Virus record (IMG/VR): IMGVR_UViG_3300017987_000005
Span: 119,649 to 183,648 of that record
Direction: 5' to 3' (one strand)
DNA: 64,000 bases
Source of the DNA: a virus
The position numbers and the translations under genes were made by a program. Numbering within the stretch: the stretch's first letter is position 1; every line of letters begins with the position of its first letter. A model generated the notes under the pieces. It saw nothing but the letters and a program-made list of their open reading frames with translations, was not told the DNA's origin and did not search any database. Below are positions 29,548-39,524 of the stretch, in pieces.

Positions 29548-30284
29548 TACTCGTCCACCCTTCCTAAAAGTTTCTCATCAACAAAACAACACGGAGGCAT
29601 CTGACGCTTATGTTGGCTCTGCAACATGCGCTTCGATAATGTCCCATCCTGGCAATCAATTCCTGCTAGCGCCCTATCCATCTGAGTATACGTCATTCCG
29701 ATTTCCTTCTCATCCGTCTGCCCTTCCCATAATCCGGCTGAAGGTGCTTTTGTGAGGATTCGCTCGGGAACTCCGAGATGCTCAGCAAACTTTCGAACAT
29801 GAGTCTTATATAGACTTCCAATAGGTTCGATGTCAACTCCCCCATCCCCATATTTCGTATAATACCCGAGTTCTATCTCAGTCAGATTGCTCGTCCCGGC
29901 TACAAGATAATTGCAAGTGTTTGCAACGTAATACAGGGCACACATACGAAGACGCGATTTCAGATTTGCTCTGGCAAGCTTACAATCAAACGTTTCCGGG
30001 AACAGCTTGAGCATACTATTATACGTATCTCCGAGTTCCACTACTTCGGAATAGATGGCAAACGTACTGCACAGCGTAGCTGCGTCAATCCCATCATCAT
30101 CCAAAGACTCGCACGGCATTATCAGCCCGGTCACATTTTCGTCAAACTCGCGCTTACATAGGACGGCAGTAACAGCAGAGTCTATTCCACCACTCACTCC
30201 GACTACGACTCCCCGTGCTCCTGCTTTTGTTACTCGCTCCCTCATCCATCGCTGAATGGTATCGGCTACTTTCTCACATTGCAT
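29547..30284 (-). CDS. nadE: NH3-dependent NAD+ synthetase
   Basis: GVSGGIDS, NLKSRLRM, GYYTKYGDG, KAPSAGLWEGQTDE, HKR. Confidence 0.96.
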   Translation of the reverse strand: MQCEKVADTIQRWMRERVTKAGARGVVVGVSGGIDSAVTAVLCKREFDENVTGLIMPCESLDDDGIDAATLCSTFAIYSEVVELGDTYNSMLKLFPETFDCKLARANLKSRLRMCALYYVANTCNYLVAGTSNLTEIELGYYTKYGDGGVDIEPIGSLYKTHVRKFAEHLGVPERILTKAPSAGLWEGQTDEKEIGMTYTQMDRALAGIDCQDGTLSKRMLQSQHKRQMPPCCFVDEKLLGRVDE

Positions 30285-30862
30285 TACTCTTCTCCTTTGG
30301 TGACTGCTTCCAGCTCTGCGATTACGGCTCCTTTTTCTTCCATCTCCTGAAGAGCTTCGTCAGAACTCTTTTCATCCACTCCGGCAATAGCATCGCGAAC
30401 TACAGTGACTTCGATTCCACGTTCCAGGAGTCCGAGTACAGCAGATTTCACGCAGTAATCGGTCGCTACTCCGTAAACAACGGCTGAAGAGACTTTCTTA
30501 TCCTTAAGATATTTGACAATCTCATCGTTGCCGCCCTTCTCAGCAAACACGTCGTACGTATTCTTGCGGAATATATCTGCGTCGTTATTCTTAGTTTCCT
30601 GAATAGACTTCGCTCCCGCTGTTCCGCACATGCAATGCTCAGGAAACGGTCCGCCATTGACCTCAAGCTCACCCTCAACGTCTTTATACGCAGGAGTTCC
30701 AAAATGAACGTCCATTGTCTTCACAACCTTAATGCCTTTCTCGACAGCATAATCATTCAGTCGCTTAAGAGCTGGTTTTATAGATTCGGCATTCGGAACA
30801 TATAGTGCTCCTCCCTCATTCATAAAATCTCTCTGAGTATCCACGTCTACAAAAATCAACAT
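30284..30862 (-). CDS. pncA: nicotinamidase (cysteine hydrolase)
   Basis: VDTQRDF..GGALYVP, D.H, FPEHC..GT.GA, K, GVATDYCV. Confidence 0.92.
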   Translation of the reverse strand: MLIFVDVDTQRDFMNEGGALYVPNAESIKPALKRLNDYAVEKGIKVVKTMDVHFGTPAYKDVEGELEVNGGPFPEHCMCGTAGAKSIQETKNNDADIFRKNTYDVFAEKGGNDEIVKYLKDKKVSSAVVYGVATDYCVKSAVLGLLERGIEVTVVRDAIAGVDEKSSDEALQEMEEKGAVIAELEAVTKGEE

Positions 30863-31200
30863 GGTAATTCTCCTTCAAAACAAGTGCGATACATCAAGCA
30901 CCGTAACTTACATTTTTCAATATGGTCTATCAATATACTCTGCACAATACAAGGCAGCATGTTTGCTTTATTTTCGAGGTCAATCTGATGCTCCTTATAA
31001 TACTCATAAGCAAGTATTATAATAACTGCGTCAGTGCAACCGGTGGGACGCACATGGTCTTTAAGTTCTTCCATGTGCGCCTCCACCCAGTCAAGATATC
31101 CTTTGAAGAATCCCGGCTCGGTTTTAATGCGAATATTCTGTTTGCTCCAAACAATATATTCTTCCAGTTCAGGTCTATTCCGAGGTCCAGGTCCTTCCAT
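30856..31200 (-). CDS. hypothetical protein
   Basis: Packed ORF. Confidence 0.5.
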   Translation of the reverse strand: MEGPGPRNRPELEEYIVWSKQNIRIKTEPGFFKGYLDWVEAHMEELKDHVRPTGCTDAVIIILAYEYYKEHQIDLENKANMLPCIVQSILIDHIEKCKLRCLMYRTCFEGELPC

Positions 31201-31203
31201 AGG

Positions 31204-32022
31204 TCAATCCATAAAAACAACGTTAGAACGAGAAATAGAAAGAGCTTCCGTATTCACAATTACTTCGTGCCAAATATTCCCCAGGTCTACAGTAGCGTGT
31301 TCGATGTGACGGATTTTCCCTTTCACAAACGCACGCATTCCAGTAGTACGCTGGTCCCATCTTCCGCGCGCTCTTTCGTCGCGCTCTTTCACGAGTTTAT
31401 TATACTTGTGAACATCTACCCCTTCTGGAAAATTCGTATGGAAGTAACGAGTAGTTCCTCCCGTACGATACAAAAAATCAGCGACATGCGGATTCCCGCG
31501 CTGAGCTAAAGGCTCCTTTTTCTGAACGAGCCAATCCTTCACAGCCATATCAGGCATGGGAACAAAAGTAAACTCCCCCTGACGATGAATGGTTCCTCCG
31601 GCAGCTTTACGATGACGCTTCTGACGGTTTTTACGTTTTACTCCGCGCTTATTTTCTATTTCGCGAAGTGCAGCAGGTTTCAAAGCTTCTTTAGCTTCTG
31701 CTACGTTAGAAGCTCCCGCAGTCTCAGGAATAGCTGCGGTAAACCAGTGGCGTTCATCGTGTCCACACAGAAAACGCGCTTTAGGATTCTCCGGGTCACG
31801 AACCATTATAAGAAGATGGCGGTCTTTGGGTTTTACGTCAAGAATCTGAGTTCCGACTCCATCACGAAGAAGAATTTCAAAGAACTCTCCTTTGCGGTCA
31901 CGGCGAACATCCATAGCAACATTCCCGTCCATGCGCGTACGACGTACCCACCGCACATCATCGGAAACGCGCTCAACTTTTACGCGCGCCCCCATTTTCT
32001 CAAATGCAGTGTTAATATTCAT
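31204..32022 (-). CDS. hypothetical protein
   Basis: FLCGHDERHWF, RQGEF.FVP, H.EH. Confidence 0.7.
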   Translation of the reverse strand: MNINTAFEKMGARVKVERVSDDVRWVRRTRMDGNVAMDVRRDRKGEFFEILLRDGVGTQILDVKPKDRHLLIMVRDPENPKARFLCGHDERHWFTAAIPETAGASNVAEAKEALKPAALREIENKRGVKRKNRQKRHRKAAGGTIHRQGEFTFVPMPDMAVKDWLVQKKEPLAQRGNPHVADFLYRTGGTTRYFHTNFPEGVDVHKYNKLVKERDERARGRWDQRTTGMRAFVKGKIRHIEHATVDLGNIWHEVIVNTEALSISRSNVVFMD

Positions 32023-32025
32023 AAA

Positions 32026-32373
32026 TTATCCTCGAAACGGAGAAGATGGCGGCCCACCAGGAGGCATTTCTCCGGGCAGTATGATTCGATTATCCAACTT
32101 ATGTTTCAAGTCTTTCTGCGCTTCGTCTGCTAACTCATCAAACTTCTCAAACGCTTCCTCGATAAATCTGGCGGGTATGTCGAAATCAATCGGCATACTC
32201 ATTTCAGCCGGGCCCATCGGAGTATCCGTCATACGGGCTAATCCAGTGTGTCCAACATAGCGGGTCACAGGATTCTTCGGGTCAACACGCATAAACATAG
32301 TAATCAAGTCAACTCGTCCATCAGGCATAGTCCTTTTGAATACGCGAAGCTCTTCGATAATCGGGTCGCTCAT
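32026..32373 (-). CDS. hypothetical protein
   Basis: Packed ORF with RBS. Confidence 0.65.
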   Translation of the reverse strand: MSDPIIEELRVFKRTMPDGRVDLITMFMRVDPKNPVTRYVGHTGLARMTDTPMGPAEMSMPIDFDIPARFIEEAFEKFDELADEAQKDLKHKLDNRIILPGEMPPGGPPSSPFRG

Positions 32374-32387
32374 CGCTCTCCCTATAA

Positions 32388-33797
32388 TTAAAGTCTAAAC
32401 ATGACTTCCGGTCCGTCGAACAAGTCCTCGACGATTCCGTTGTCAGTCAAAGTACGGTAAAAACAATAACGTCCAGGATATATCAGCAAATTATTCGGGC
32501 ACCCAATCTGGTCAACATCCGTCACGGCTGTCCCGAAATACCTTGATATAAACTGGTTCAAATGAGCTGTATCAGCTCCTTCCTTCTTCAACTGGTCTCG
32601 AATACTGGACAACTTGTCCACATCTGCATGAAAGTAGAGCGTGTCCTTTATAGCATCCTTCATAATGCCGTACATCCGATTCACGTTCTCCTTACGGTCA
32701 TGCTCCTTCACGAACCTCTTTCTCCAGTCATCGTGCTTCTTCAAAGCGACTGGATAATCCTCCTTGATTCGCTTTAACATAGCTACTGTATGGTCCTTCT
32801 TCTTCATCGAATAGATGAACGGGCATTCGGAATACATTCCGTTAGCAACCCACGGTTTCTCCGGAAGCATACATACAGTATTCATCGATACTGCTTCAAC
32901 AGTAGTCAGTGAGTAACTCTCATGTAGTGACGAGCTAAAAAACACATGCGCTCTTCTCAGCATATCCTTAAATTCTGCTGACTGAACTCCCTCTTTGAAC
33001 TGAATAAGCGGATGCTTGTCCTTCAGCTCAGTCGGGAACTGTGTTTGAGTCGTCACGATAGCGGTTATCTTATACAGTATAATCGCTTTTTCTAAAACTT
33101 CAAAGAACGCATCAAAATTCTTTACTGAGTTGAAGCGACCGCCAAACATCACAGTAAACTTCTTATTCTTATCCTCGAGCTTTGCAGGCTCTATACTCTT
33201 AATATCGATTCCCCGATGCACTGCATGGCATCGCTCCTCAGCTTCGAGAACAAGATTCGGTTTAAGGTAATCAGACATCAATTTCACAGCATGGCGTTTC
33301 TCAATCTCAGAATTGAAAAAATTCGCAGCACTATAATAATATCCGAATGCTTTATCACGGTACAGCGAGGGATGGACAGTATCATGGATGTATCCCGGAT
33401 ACGCTACGGCGGTATCGCGGACGAATATTGGTGTCGGTCGTCTCAAAGAACGCATAAGATTGTCCATCCCCGGATTCGCTGCACTGGATTCGCATAACAG
33501 TCCATCAGCAAGTCCCTTCCCGAATCGTCTGTTACACATTGACGATATAATCTCGGGTGAGAATGTCTGAATAAAATGCCAATCATAAAAAAGAACAGGG
33601 TAGAACTGATGCTGTATCTTTCCGGGTATGTCCTCAACTGCTCCCCGGTATTTCAACGGCATCAGGTAATAGAAGAAACACTTTCCTCCCGAAAGTTTAT
33701 CAACCCAGTCACAAAAGTTGCGAAGTAACAAATAGTTACTGTCCCCCATAATCATCTTGGGGGACGTCATGGTAATTGGTCTAACAATCAGTCTCAT
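32388..33797 (-). CDS. GT-B (GT4-like) glycosyltransferase
   Basis: FGGRF...KN, SS.HESYSLTTVEA (E-x7-E). Confidence 0.8.
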   Translation of the reverse strand: MRLIVRPITMTSPKMIMGDSNYLLLRNFCDWVDKLSGGKCFFYYLMPLKYRGAVEDIPGKIQHQFYPVLFYDWHFIQTFSPEIISSMCNRRFGKGLADGLLCESSAANPGMDNLMRSLRRPTPIFVRDTAVAYPGYIHDTVHPSLYRDKAFGYYYSAANFFNSEIEKRHAVKLMSDYLKPNLVLEAEERCHAVHRGIDIKSIEPAKLEDKNKKFTVMFGGRFNSVKNFDAFFEVLEKAIILYKITAIVTTQTQFPTELKDKHPLIQFKEGVQSAEFKDMLRRAHVFFSSSLHESYSLTTVEAVSMNTVCMLPEKPWVANGMYSECPFIYSMKKKDHTVAMLKRIKEDYPVALKKHDDWRKRFVKEHDRKENVNRMYGIMKDAIKDTLYFHADVDKLSSIRDQLKKEGADTAHLNQFISRYFGTAVTDVDQIGCPNNLLIYPGRYCFYRTLTDNGIVEDLFDGPEVMFRL

Positions 33798-34102
33798 TTG
33801 GCATCTTCCCGAAGCTGGTCAAGCTCATAAGTGGTGTGGTCAATGGCGCACTTCATCGAGCAGAAAACTTTATCACTGTGTATCTTCTGGCGGTCATACT
33901 TCGAATCGTCCTCACTGTTCTTATCCGCATGGACAAGCTTGTTGAACGAAACCTGAACGTGTCCGCCTACCCATCCTTCCGGAAAGGCATCTGACATATG
34001 TACGCGCTCATCATGCGGAAGCTCCTCACTGAGTGCGCCCTTCTCCGCTCCGCAATGAGCACATTTGAACATATAATTAACTGTCTTCGTTACTGGCATC
34101 AT
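33794..34102 (-). CDS. Zn-finger hypothetical protein
   Basis: CAHC...PEGW...FCS..C. Confidence 0.6.
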   Translation of the reverse strand: MMPVTKTVNYMFKCAHCGAEKGALSEELPHDERVHMSDAFPEGWVGGHVQVSFNKLVHADKNSEDDSKYDRQKIHSDKVFCSMKCAIDHTTYELDQLREDAK

Positions 34103-34643
34103 TGTCCTCCTTTCCAGACTCCGCAGCTACCATCGCTTTCAGAACTTGAACATACGGAACGTTTTCAATATCCGCATCTGTAATCATGCGGTCAACGTCG
34201 TCATCGTCCTTCAGTTCAGCCCACCAGCTCTCGCATCCGAAAATGACGGTGCTGAGTTCAAAAACATAAAAAGCACAATTATTGTATGTCCTGACGTGCA
34301 GAACTCCGGTAGCTTTCTCACGCTCATATACGACATCAATCGGAATCTCTCCGATATACATCCCAAGGAACGTCTGCTCCTTATACTGTTCTGCACACGG
34401 TCTGATTCGGACAAGCGCCCCTACTTCAATTCCAGTCATAACCCCCTTCTTGGGGCGTGAAAAGTGTCCCTTAACATCACTGATTTCAACAGGAAACTTG
34501 ATATCATCCATAGTATCAAACTTCTGTTTATGCTCAGCAATACCGTTGCTCAACTTCCCGATAAGTCCAGCCAACGCTTCTCCATCATTCTTAGCTTCAG
34601 ACTTCTCTTCACTCGGTGCATTTGACTTTGCCATACGTGTCAC
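34077..34643 (-). CDS. hypothetical protein
   Basis: VRIRPC, IFGCESWW. Confidence 0.65.
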   Translation of the reverse strand: MTRMAKSNAPSEEKSEAKNDGEALAGLIGKLSNGIAEHKQKFDTMDDIKFPVEISDVKGHFSRPKKGVMTGIEVGALVRIRPCAEQYKEQTFLGMYIGEIPIDVVYEREKATGVLHVRTYNNCAFYVFELSTVIFGCESWWAELKDDDDVDRMITDADIENVPYVQVLKAMVAAESGKEDNDASNEDS

Positions 34644-35076
34644 TCTCCTTCTGATTATCGAACCAGCGGGGCTTCCGCTTCAAAATAACGATATACGGCA
34701 TCCCTCCGGGAAACAACGTCCACATATCTCGGGACGTACAATATTTTACTCGGCTGACTCCGATTCCAAGCACCATGAGCTGCTCCATGTAAAGATGCTC
34801 TCCCCACTGTTCGTCATCTTTGTTCTGACACATGTTGAGGAAGGTCCATCCCCCGCCCTTACCCTCATGAAACTGTTCGGGTAACTGGTTGAGGAGTCCG
34901 TCAATATCATTAAAATGACTCTTCAGTCGCTCCGGGTGTAATCCATAAGTATGAGCTATTCCGCGAACTATAACTGCTTTTGATGTGCTCTCCCCCTCAT
35001 TGAACAAACAATCCTTAAATACCGACTCTACATTAGCTATTGTAAGTTCCATGCTCACTCTCCCATAATAATACAT
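34609..35076 (-). CDS. hypothetical phage protein with WFDN tail
   Basis: GGGWTFLNMC...QWGEH..MEQL; start probably 35052. Confidence 0.7.
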   Translation of the reverse strand: MYYYGRVSMELTIANVESVFKDCLFNEGESTSKAVIVRGIAHTYGLHPERLKSHFNDIDGLLNQLPEQFHEGKGGGWTFLNMCQNKDDEQWGEHLYMEQLMVLGIGVSRVKYCTSRDMWTLFPGGMPYIVILKRKPRWFDNQKESDTYGKVKCTE

Positions 35077-35291
35077 TCGTCCTGAGTGTCGGTCATAGGC
35101 ATAATCCCGATACTGGTAATCGCTACTCCCTCATAACCATTCTGACGGCACAGCTCTTTTGCGAATCGCTTCAACGCAGCAACCATCTTCAGATTCTTCG
35201 CAGTCTCCGGCGTCAAAGTAGCTTCCAGTCCAAAGCTCCCGGACCAGTGCTCTCCTTTGGGCTTTTTCTTGAAAAATGTTAAAGAATCCAT
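35055..35291 (-). CDS. hypothetical protein
   Basis: AGGAGAGTGA RBS, follows a promoter. Confidence 0.65.
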   Translation of the reverse strand: MDSLTFFKKKPKGEHWSGSFGLEATLTPETAKNLKMVAALKRFAKELCRQNGYEGVAITSIGIMPMTDTQDECIIMGE

Positions 35292-35322
35292 GCTTCACTC
35301 TCCTTTTTTAGTCTACGCTTAT

Positions 35323-35350
35323 ATTATATCATATATTTATGATTTGTCAA
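35323..35350 (-). promoter_or_regulatory. sigma70-type promoter, 16-bp spacer
   Basis: TTGACA-N16-TATAAT, extended TG, then ATAAGCGTAGAC. Confidence 0.8.
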
Positions 35351-35367
35351 GAACAATCTTAAAAAAC

Positions 35368-35661
35368 TTATTTCGTAGACACAACCTCAAGTTCATCTTT
35401 ATACAGCTTTATAGCCTCGATGACAACTTCCTCCCAGTAATCATCAAATTCATGCGCAGTCCAGTCGTCGCACAGCCCGCTCTCGCGCATCATGTTGCGA
35501 ACATGCATCCCGTCACGAAAATGAACTGGGTGCGGTATCTTTCCTGGAATAACGCAGTTAAGTGTTCCGAATGTATCGAGTATCCCGACAAAATACATCA
35601 ATCCTTGGACACTCATATTCTCCATGATATATTTAACAAGTTCTTCAGATACTTTTCCCAT
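35368..35661 (-). CDS. hypothetical protein
   Basis: MGKVSE start; HFRDGMHVRN. Confidence 0.6.
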   Translation of the reverse strand: MGKVSEELVKYIMENMSVQGLMYFVGILDTFGTLNCVIPGKIPHPVHFRDGMHVRNMMRESGLCDDWTAHEFDDYWEEVVIEAIKLYKDELEVVSTK

Positions 35662-35911
35662 CTTCAGCTTCCTCCGATTTGCTTTTGTTTTTAAGATTTT
35701 CAAATACTTTTTTAATGCACGACTGTAATATCTTATCCGGATAGCCGCACTCCATGCACCACGGAGCGCCCCAACGATGGAGCCCAAGCTTGCACCAGAA
35801 ACTTCTGTTCCTCCACCTTAACGGCGCGCCTACCCACCCCTTTTCATTGTCCCAATATCCTTCAGCCACGTTTACTCCTCTCTTTTTTCCACTTCTCGCA
35901 CTTTCGTCCAT
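35645..35911 (-). CDS. small Cys/His protein
   Basis: CKLGLHRW...CMECG. Confidence 0.55.
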   Translation of the reverse strand: MDESARSGKKRGVNVAEGYWDNEKGWVGAPLRWRNRSFWCKLGLHRWGAPWCMECGYPDKILQSCIKKVFENLKNKSKSEEAEDGKSI

Positions 35912-36095
35912 CGCAAGAGGAGTTACCGACTATCGTGGTCATCCCCACTTGGTTATGAACTACTCGAGCTTTACAGATATACAGGCAACACCCGTTCCAT
36001 TCGCGGTCTTTGCAATCACGTGCAAATACTTGAAATGGGTGAGTACTCTTATCCACTCGGTCTTTATGTTTACTCATAGTGCTGACAATTACCAC
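35862..36095 (-). CDS. small Cys-rich protein
   Basis: Packed ORF. Confidence 0.5.
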   Translation of the reverse strand: MVIVSTMSKHKDRVDKSTHPFQVFARDCKDREWNGCCLYICKARVVHNQVGMTTIVGNSSCDGRKCEKWKKERSKRG

Positions 36096-36351
36096 TAATA
36101 TTCAAACGCATCGCAGTAATCTCCCTGTCTGCTGTCTGCGAGGTAGTACTACAGTCTATCTCCTGATTGAATTTCCAACATTCGACGTATCCCCAAAAGT
36201 TAACTTCGCCATGCTTACACTTCCGGCATTCTCTTGAAACTTCCGGAACTTTCCGGAATATTCCGTACAATGCTAGAACTATCCCAACAATGCATAACGG
36301 TAACATGACGTACATTAAAAACCAATCGGGCGTTCCGGCTGGTATCTTCAT
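36070..36351 (-). CDS. membrane-anchored Cys-rich protein
   Basis: TM helix, CRKCKH. Confidence 0.55.
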   Translation of the reverse strand: MKIPAGTPDWFLMYVMLPLCIVGIVLALYGIFRKVPEVSRECRKCKHGEVNFWGYVECWKFNQEIDCSTTSQTADREITAMRLNISGNCQHYE

Positions 36352-36794
36352 TCCGAACTCCAGTATTTAAGCATGGCTATAAGCGCAGGGTACGTCGTTA
36401 AAAAATGAATCAAGAAATCGACTACGACGTATACAACTGCGGTAAATGATATGTAAATGACGGCATCCCGCCTCGGAGGTACTTCTCGCTGCCCAACTGA
36501 CATCGGCTCATACTGCTCATGCACTTTATCAATAGACTCGAATGAACGTCCCCCTATCAGGCGCAGCCAAACATTCCCGAGTCCGAAAATATCAACAATC
36601 CCATGCATACAAGCTACCGGTACGATAATCAAGACATTCTGGAACATAGCTCCCATCGTCAATCCGTAAATAACCGTATGGACAATAATCGGAAGCCCGA
36701 GCTTCCTAGTCTTATTCAGCGCCATCCAGTTATTCTGGAGAAGAAAATCTGCAATCAGATGCGCTATTACGAATTTTTCAAAAGTATTCATCAC
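36348..36794 (-). CDS. DUF3307-like membrane protein
   Basis: AHLIADFLLQ..WMA.NK, H...Y, HG.VD, D..IH. Confidence 0.75.
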   Translation of the reverse strand: MMNTFEKFVIAHLIADFLLQNNWMALNKTRKLGLPIIVHTVIYGLTMGAMFQNVLIIVPVACMHGIVDIFGLGNVWLRLIGGRSFESIDKVHEQYEPMSVGQREVPPRRDAVIYISFTAVVYVVVDFLIHFLTTYPALIAMLKYWSSE

Positions 36795-36988
36795 GCCTCC
36801 CTAAATTTGCGAGATACTTCGCTCTCCTGTCCGCATCGTTTGCAGTACATGCGAGCATAATCCTTGAACCCCTTGATTCCGGAATTCAACTGCTCATCCG
36901 TTGCAGGGATTCCTTCCTGCGCGGCGCACGTCCACGCATGGCTCCCCATAAGCTTACAGAAAAACAGGATTGCAAGTATTCTACGCAT
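36791..36988 (-). CDS. small Cys/His protein
   Basis: CKLMGSH.W...CKRCG. Confidence 0.55.
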   Translation of the reverse strand: MRRILAILFFCKLMGSHAWTCAAQEGIPATDEQLNSGIKGFKDYARMYCKRCGQESEVSRKFREA

Positions 36989-38163
36989 CAGTAACGGCTC
37001 CTATGAAAAGCATATCTAACTCCCTGCTCGTTTGTCGGCATCTTCGCTTCGAGTAAAAAGAATAGCCCTATATTCACAGCTATCCCGATAAATACAGCTA
37101 ACAACTTCCACGCCCAGTGTATACTTATTTTGATATATTCGAAATCAGCGAACTCTTTACGCTCCCACTGTTCAGGAACAAATTCTCGTAAAGCTCGGGC
37201 ATAATCATTAATATTCCAAACCTCACCAACCAGCTCGTTCTCAATACTTTTATGTATAGTAGTATTATCCATCCAACTCTGGACGGAACACCACTGGACT
37301 CTGCTTTCCGTAACTCCGACGAACGTAACAAGCTCATTCTTATTCGGCCCCTGCCACGCTGACATTACATCATCAACAACACTCCTGTCCTGTCCATGAA
37401 ATAACATCAGTATAGTATGTATCTGATATTTCGGTCCAAACTCAGCATTAATTCGTCGCAGCAAAAGCTCATCTTCCTGAGATGCTCCTCCGAGCACTGG
37501 TGACGTATTCCCTTTATCAGCAGGGCGGGGATATTTCTTGATAAGCTCCTCCGTCGGCTCCTTAAACTTGAATATCGAATTAGATTCGCGTACTTTATTC
37601 TTATATGTATGAATAGAAGAATTCGGAAACATGGTCTCAAAAGTTCCGGGCCACTTGCACTCAAATATCCCTCCGGTTATAGGAGTCTTAAGCATTGTTG
37701 CACTTCCTTTGTGCTCCCCAGTACGTTTCTCGTTTCCCCACAACGATTTCCATTTATTATACGTCCCCTGGTTACACGTGGACCAATTCCCATACTCATC
37801 TTTAATACTCCAGTAAGGTCCGTAATACGCAGTAACATAGTAAGTCTCTGTCCGATAACGCGTATTTCCTTTGCTATCAGTTCCACACGGAACTTGTCGA
37901 GTGCGAGATTCCTTCTTACTCCACTTCTCCTCATGCTTTATTCGAGTAACTTTATAATTCCATACTTCAGAATCGTATATCTTCATTATTCCGATGAAAT
38001 ATAAAGATATTCCAAGAATAACCCCTATCCCGATTCCTGAAGAAATCAGAATTAGAAACTTCTTCTTATTACGCTCCTCCTTCAAAGGCCATGTCGGAAG
38101 CACTAATAAAACAAAAGCTGTCAATAGAGGTACGAATATCCCTATTAAAATTAATCCGCTCAT
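36988..38163 (-). CDS. membrane protein with large extracytoplasmic domain
   Basis: Two N-terminal and one C-terminal TM; W.G.NKNE, WERKEFADFEYI. Confidence 0.75.
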   Translation of the reverse strand: MSGLILIGIFVPLLTAFVLLVLPTWPLKEERNKKKFLILISSGIGIGVILGISLYFIGIMKIYDSEVWNYKVTRIKHEEKWSKKESRTRQVPCGTDSKGNTRYRTETYYVTAYYGPYWSIKDEYGNWSTCNQGTYNKWKSLWGNEKRTGEHKGSATMLKTPITGGIFECKWPGTFETMFPNSSIHTYKNKVRESNSIFKFKEPTEELIKKYPRPADKGNTSPVLGGASQEDELLLRRINAEFGPKYQIHTILMLFHGQDRSVVDDVMSAWQGPNKNELVTFVGVTESRVQWCSVQSWMDNTTIHKSIENELVGEVWNINDYARALREFVPEQWERKEFADFEYIKISIHWAWKLLAVFIGIAVNIGLFFLLEAKMPTNEQGVRYAFHRSRY

Positions 38164-38166
38164 TCT

Positions 38167-38472
38167 TCACTCTCCTTCGATATCTTCCTTGATGGCTAGT
38201 GCGAGCAGCATCAACGCCTTCCTCACTCTAAGATGATTCCCACCACCTACGCTGGTACGTGCTCTAAATGTTGGGACTCCCAATGTAGTATTGTGTGACG
38301 GAGACATACTCAGATGCAAATCACCATCACTCGATATCAAAACACGCATAATCCCACATCGGTCATCACACTCTACTTCATATGATTCACTGGAGTTAAG
38401 TCTCTCCCACAGCCGCCCCCACTCGATAGAAATCATATTATCGAATAATGATTTAGAGGAGGTCATCTTCAA
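38167..38472 (-). CDS. hypothetical protein
   Basis: FRARTSVGGG. Confidence 0.6.
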   Translation of the reverse strand: MKMTSSKSLFDNMISIEWGRLWERLNSSESYEVECDDRCGIMRVLISSDGDLHLSMSPSHNTTLGVPTFRARTSVGGGNHLRVRKALMLLALAIKEDIEGE

Positions 38473-39001
38473 GCTCTTTAGTCTCGACGGCTTTCTTAGC
38501 TTTAGCTCCTGAAATCATCTCCGGCTTATCCTTGATTTTACCCTCATAACTCAACCACAGAATATTATGCCACGGGTCTTCACAAAAGGTGTTATACTGA
38601 CGCCATACGTCCGTAAGAGTATCCTGGCTTCGCTTGAACTGGTCGAGTTCTCCGGCAATAGAGTTAGCGAGCTTGGTATAAAGTTCCGGAGTTATTCCGA
38701 GCATATTAGCAGACTCGTTCTGCATCTTCAGAAGCGAACCTCCCTTACGCCCTTCGGCTTGAGCCATTACAACAGCAATAAAATCCTTCGCGAAATCATC
38801 CTTGACTTTTGCTTGGTTCTTAATGGTTTTAATCATATTATCGAGCGTGGTTTCGACTTCATTGAACTGCGCTTCATAGCGGTTCTTCAGCCCAACATAA
38901 TCACGCTTAACCCCCATCCCATAAAACCAGAACGAAATGAAAAACAAGACAATAAGTCCCACAACAGACAGCGTAATAATGACTGATTTATTCATCGTCA
39001 C
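38453..39001 (-). CDS. LemA-like membrane-anchored helical protein
   Basis: N-terminal TM then coiled coil; next to the 391 aa membrane protein. Confidence 0.6.
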   Translation of the reverse strand: MTMNKSVIITLSVVGLIVLFFISFWFYGMGVKRDYVGLKNRYEAQFNEVETTLDNMIKTIKNQAKVKDDFAKDFIAVVMAQAEGRKGGSLLKMQNESANMLGITPELYTKLANSIAGELDQFKRSQDTLTDVWRQYNTFCEDPWHNILWLSYEGKIKDKPEMISGAKAKKAVETKELEDDLL

Positions 39002-39524
39002 TCTCCTCCGAAAAAATTATGTCAAACTTATCCTTCAACTTAGGATATACACGATACAACTCACTCTTGTATTCATCAGAAATCTCCGTTAGATTCCCGT
39101 CAAGAATCTTCTGATAATCATCCAGCCACTTCTCCGGAACTTTGAATACGAACGTACAATACGTGCAGTCAAAGTCATCGTCAAAGCGCTCAACAAAACA
39201 TTCATGATTTTCCAGTTTATCTGCTTCGCATGCTGGGCAGTCGCAATCCGGCTCACCGTCCTCCCAACACTCGGAGTTTCCTCCGCCCATCCTGGTGAAT
39301 ACGCATATAACGGGTTCCGGGTCAGATTTGAATTCGTTGTCAAACCATTTCGGGCTATCCTCATCTATGGACATTAACGGCAATCCGTCTTTATTAAGCT
39401 TGAACTTCCGCTTCTGAACAAAGCAGTCCCGGAATCGCGGATAATCATCCGCGTGCTTCCCGAGCATAGGAAGAATAAAAAATGCGGCAGGGTTTACTCC
39501 CTCTATCATATTATAAAGACTCAT
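38988..39524 (-). CDS. hypothetical phage protein with internal WFDN
   Basis: RFRDC, TRMGGGN, DDDFDCTY. Confidence 0.7.
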   Translation of the reverse strand: MSLYNMIEGVNPAAFFILPMLGKHADDYPRFRDCFVQKRKFKLNKDGLPLMSIDEDSPKWFDNEFKSDPEPVICVFTRMGGGNSECWEDGEPDCDCPACEADKLENHECFVERFDDDFDCTYCTFVFKVPEKWLDDYQKILDGNLTEISDEYKSELYRVYPKLKDKFDIIFSEESDDE

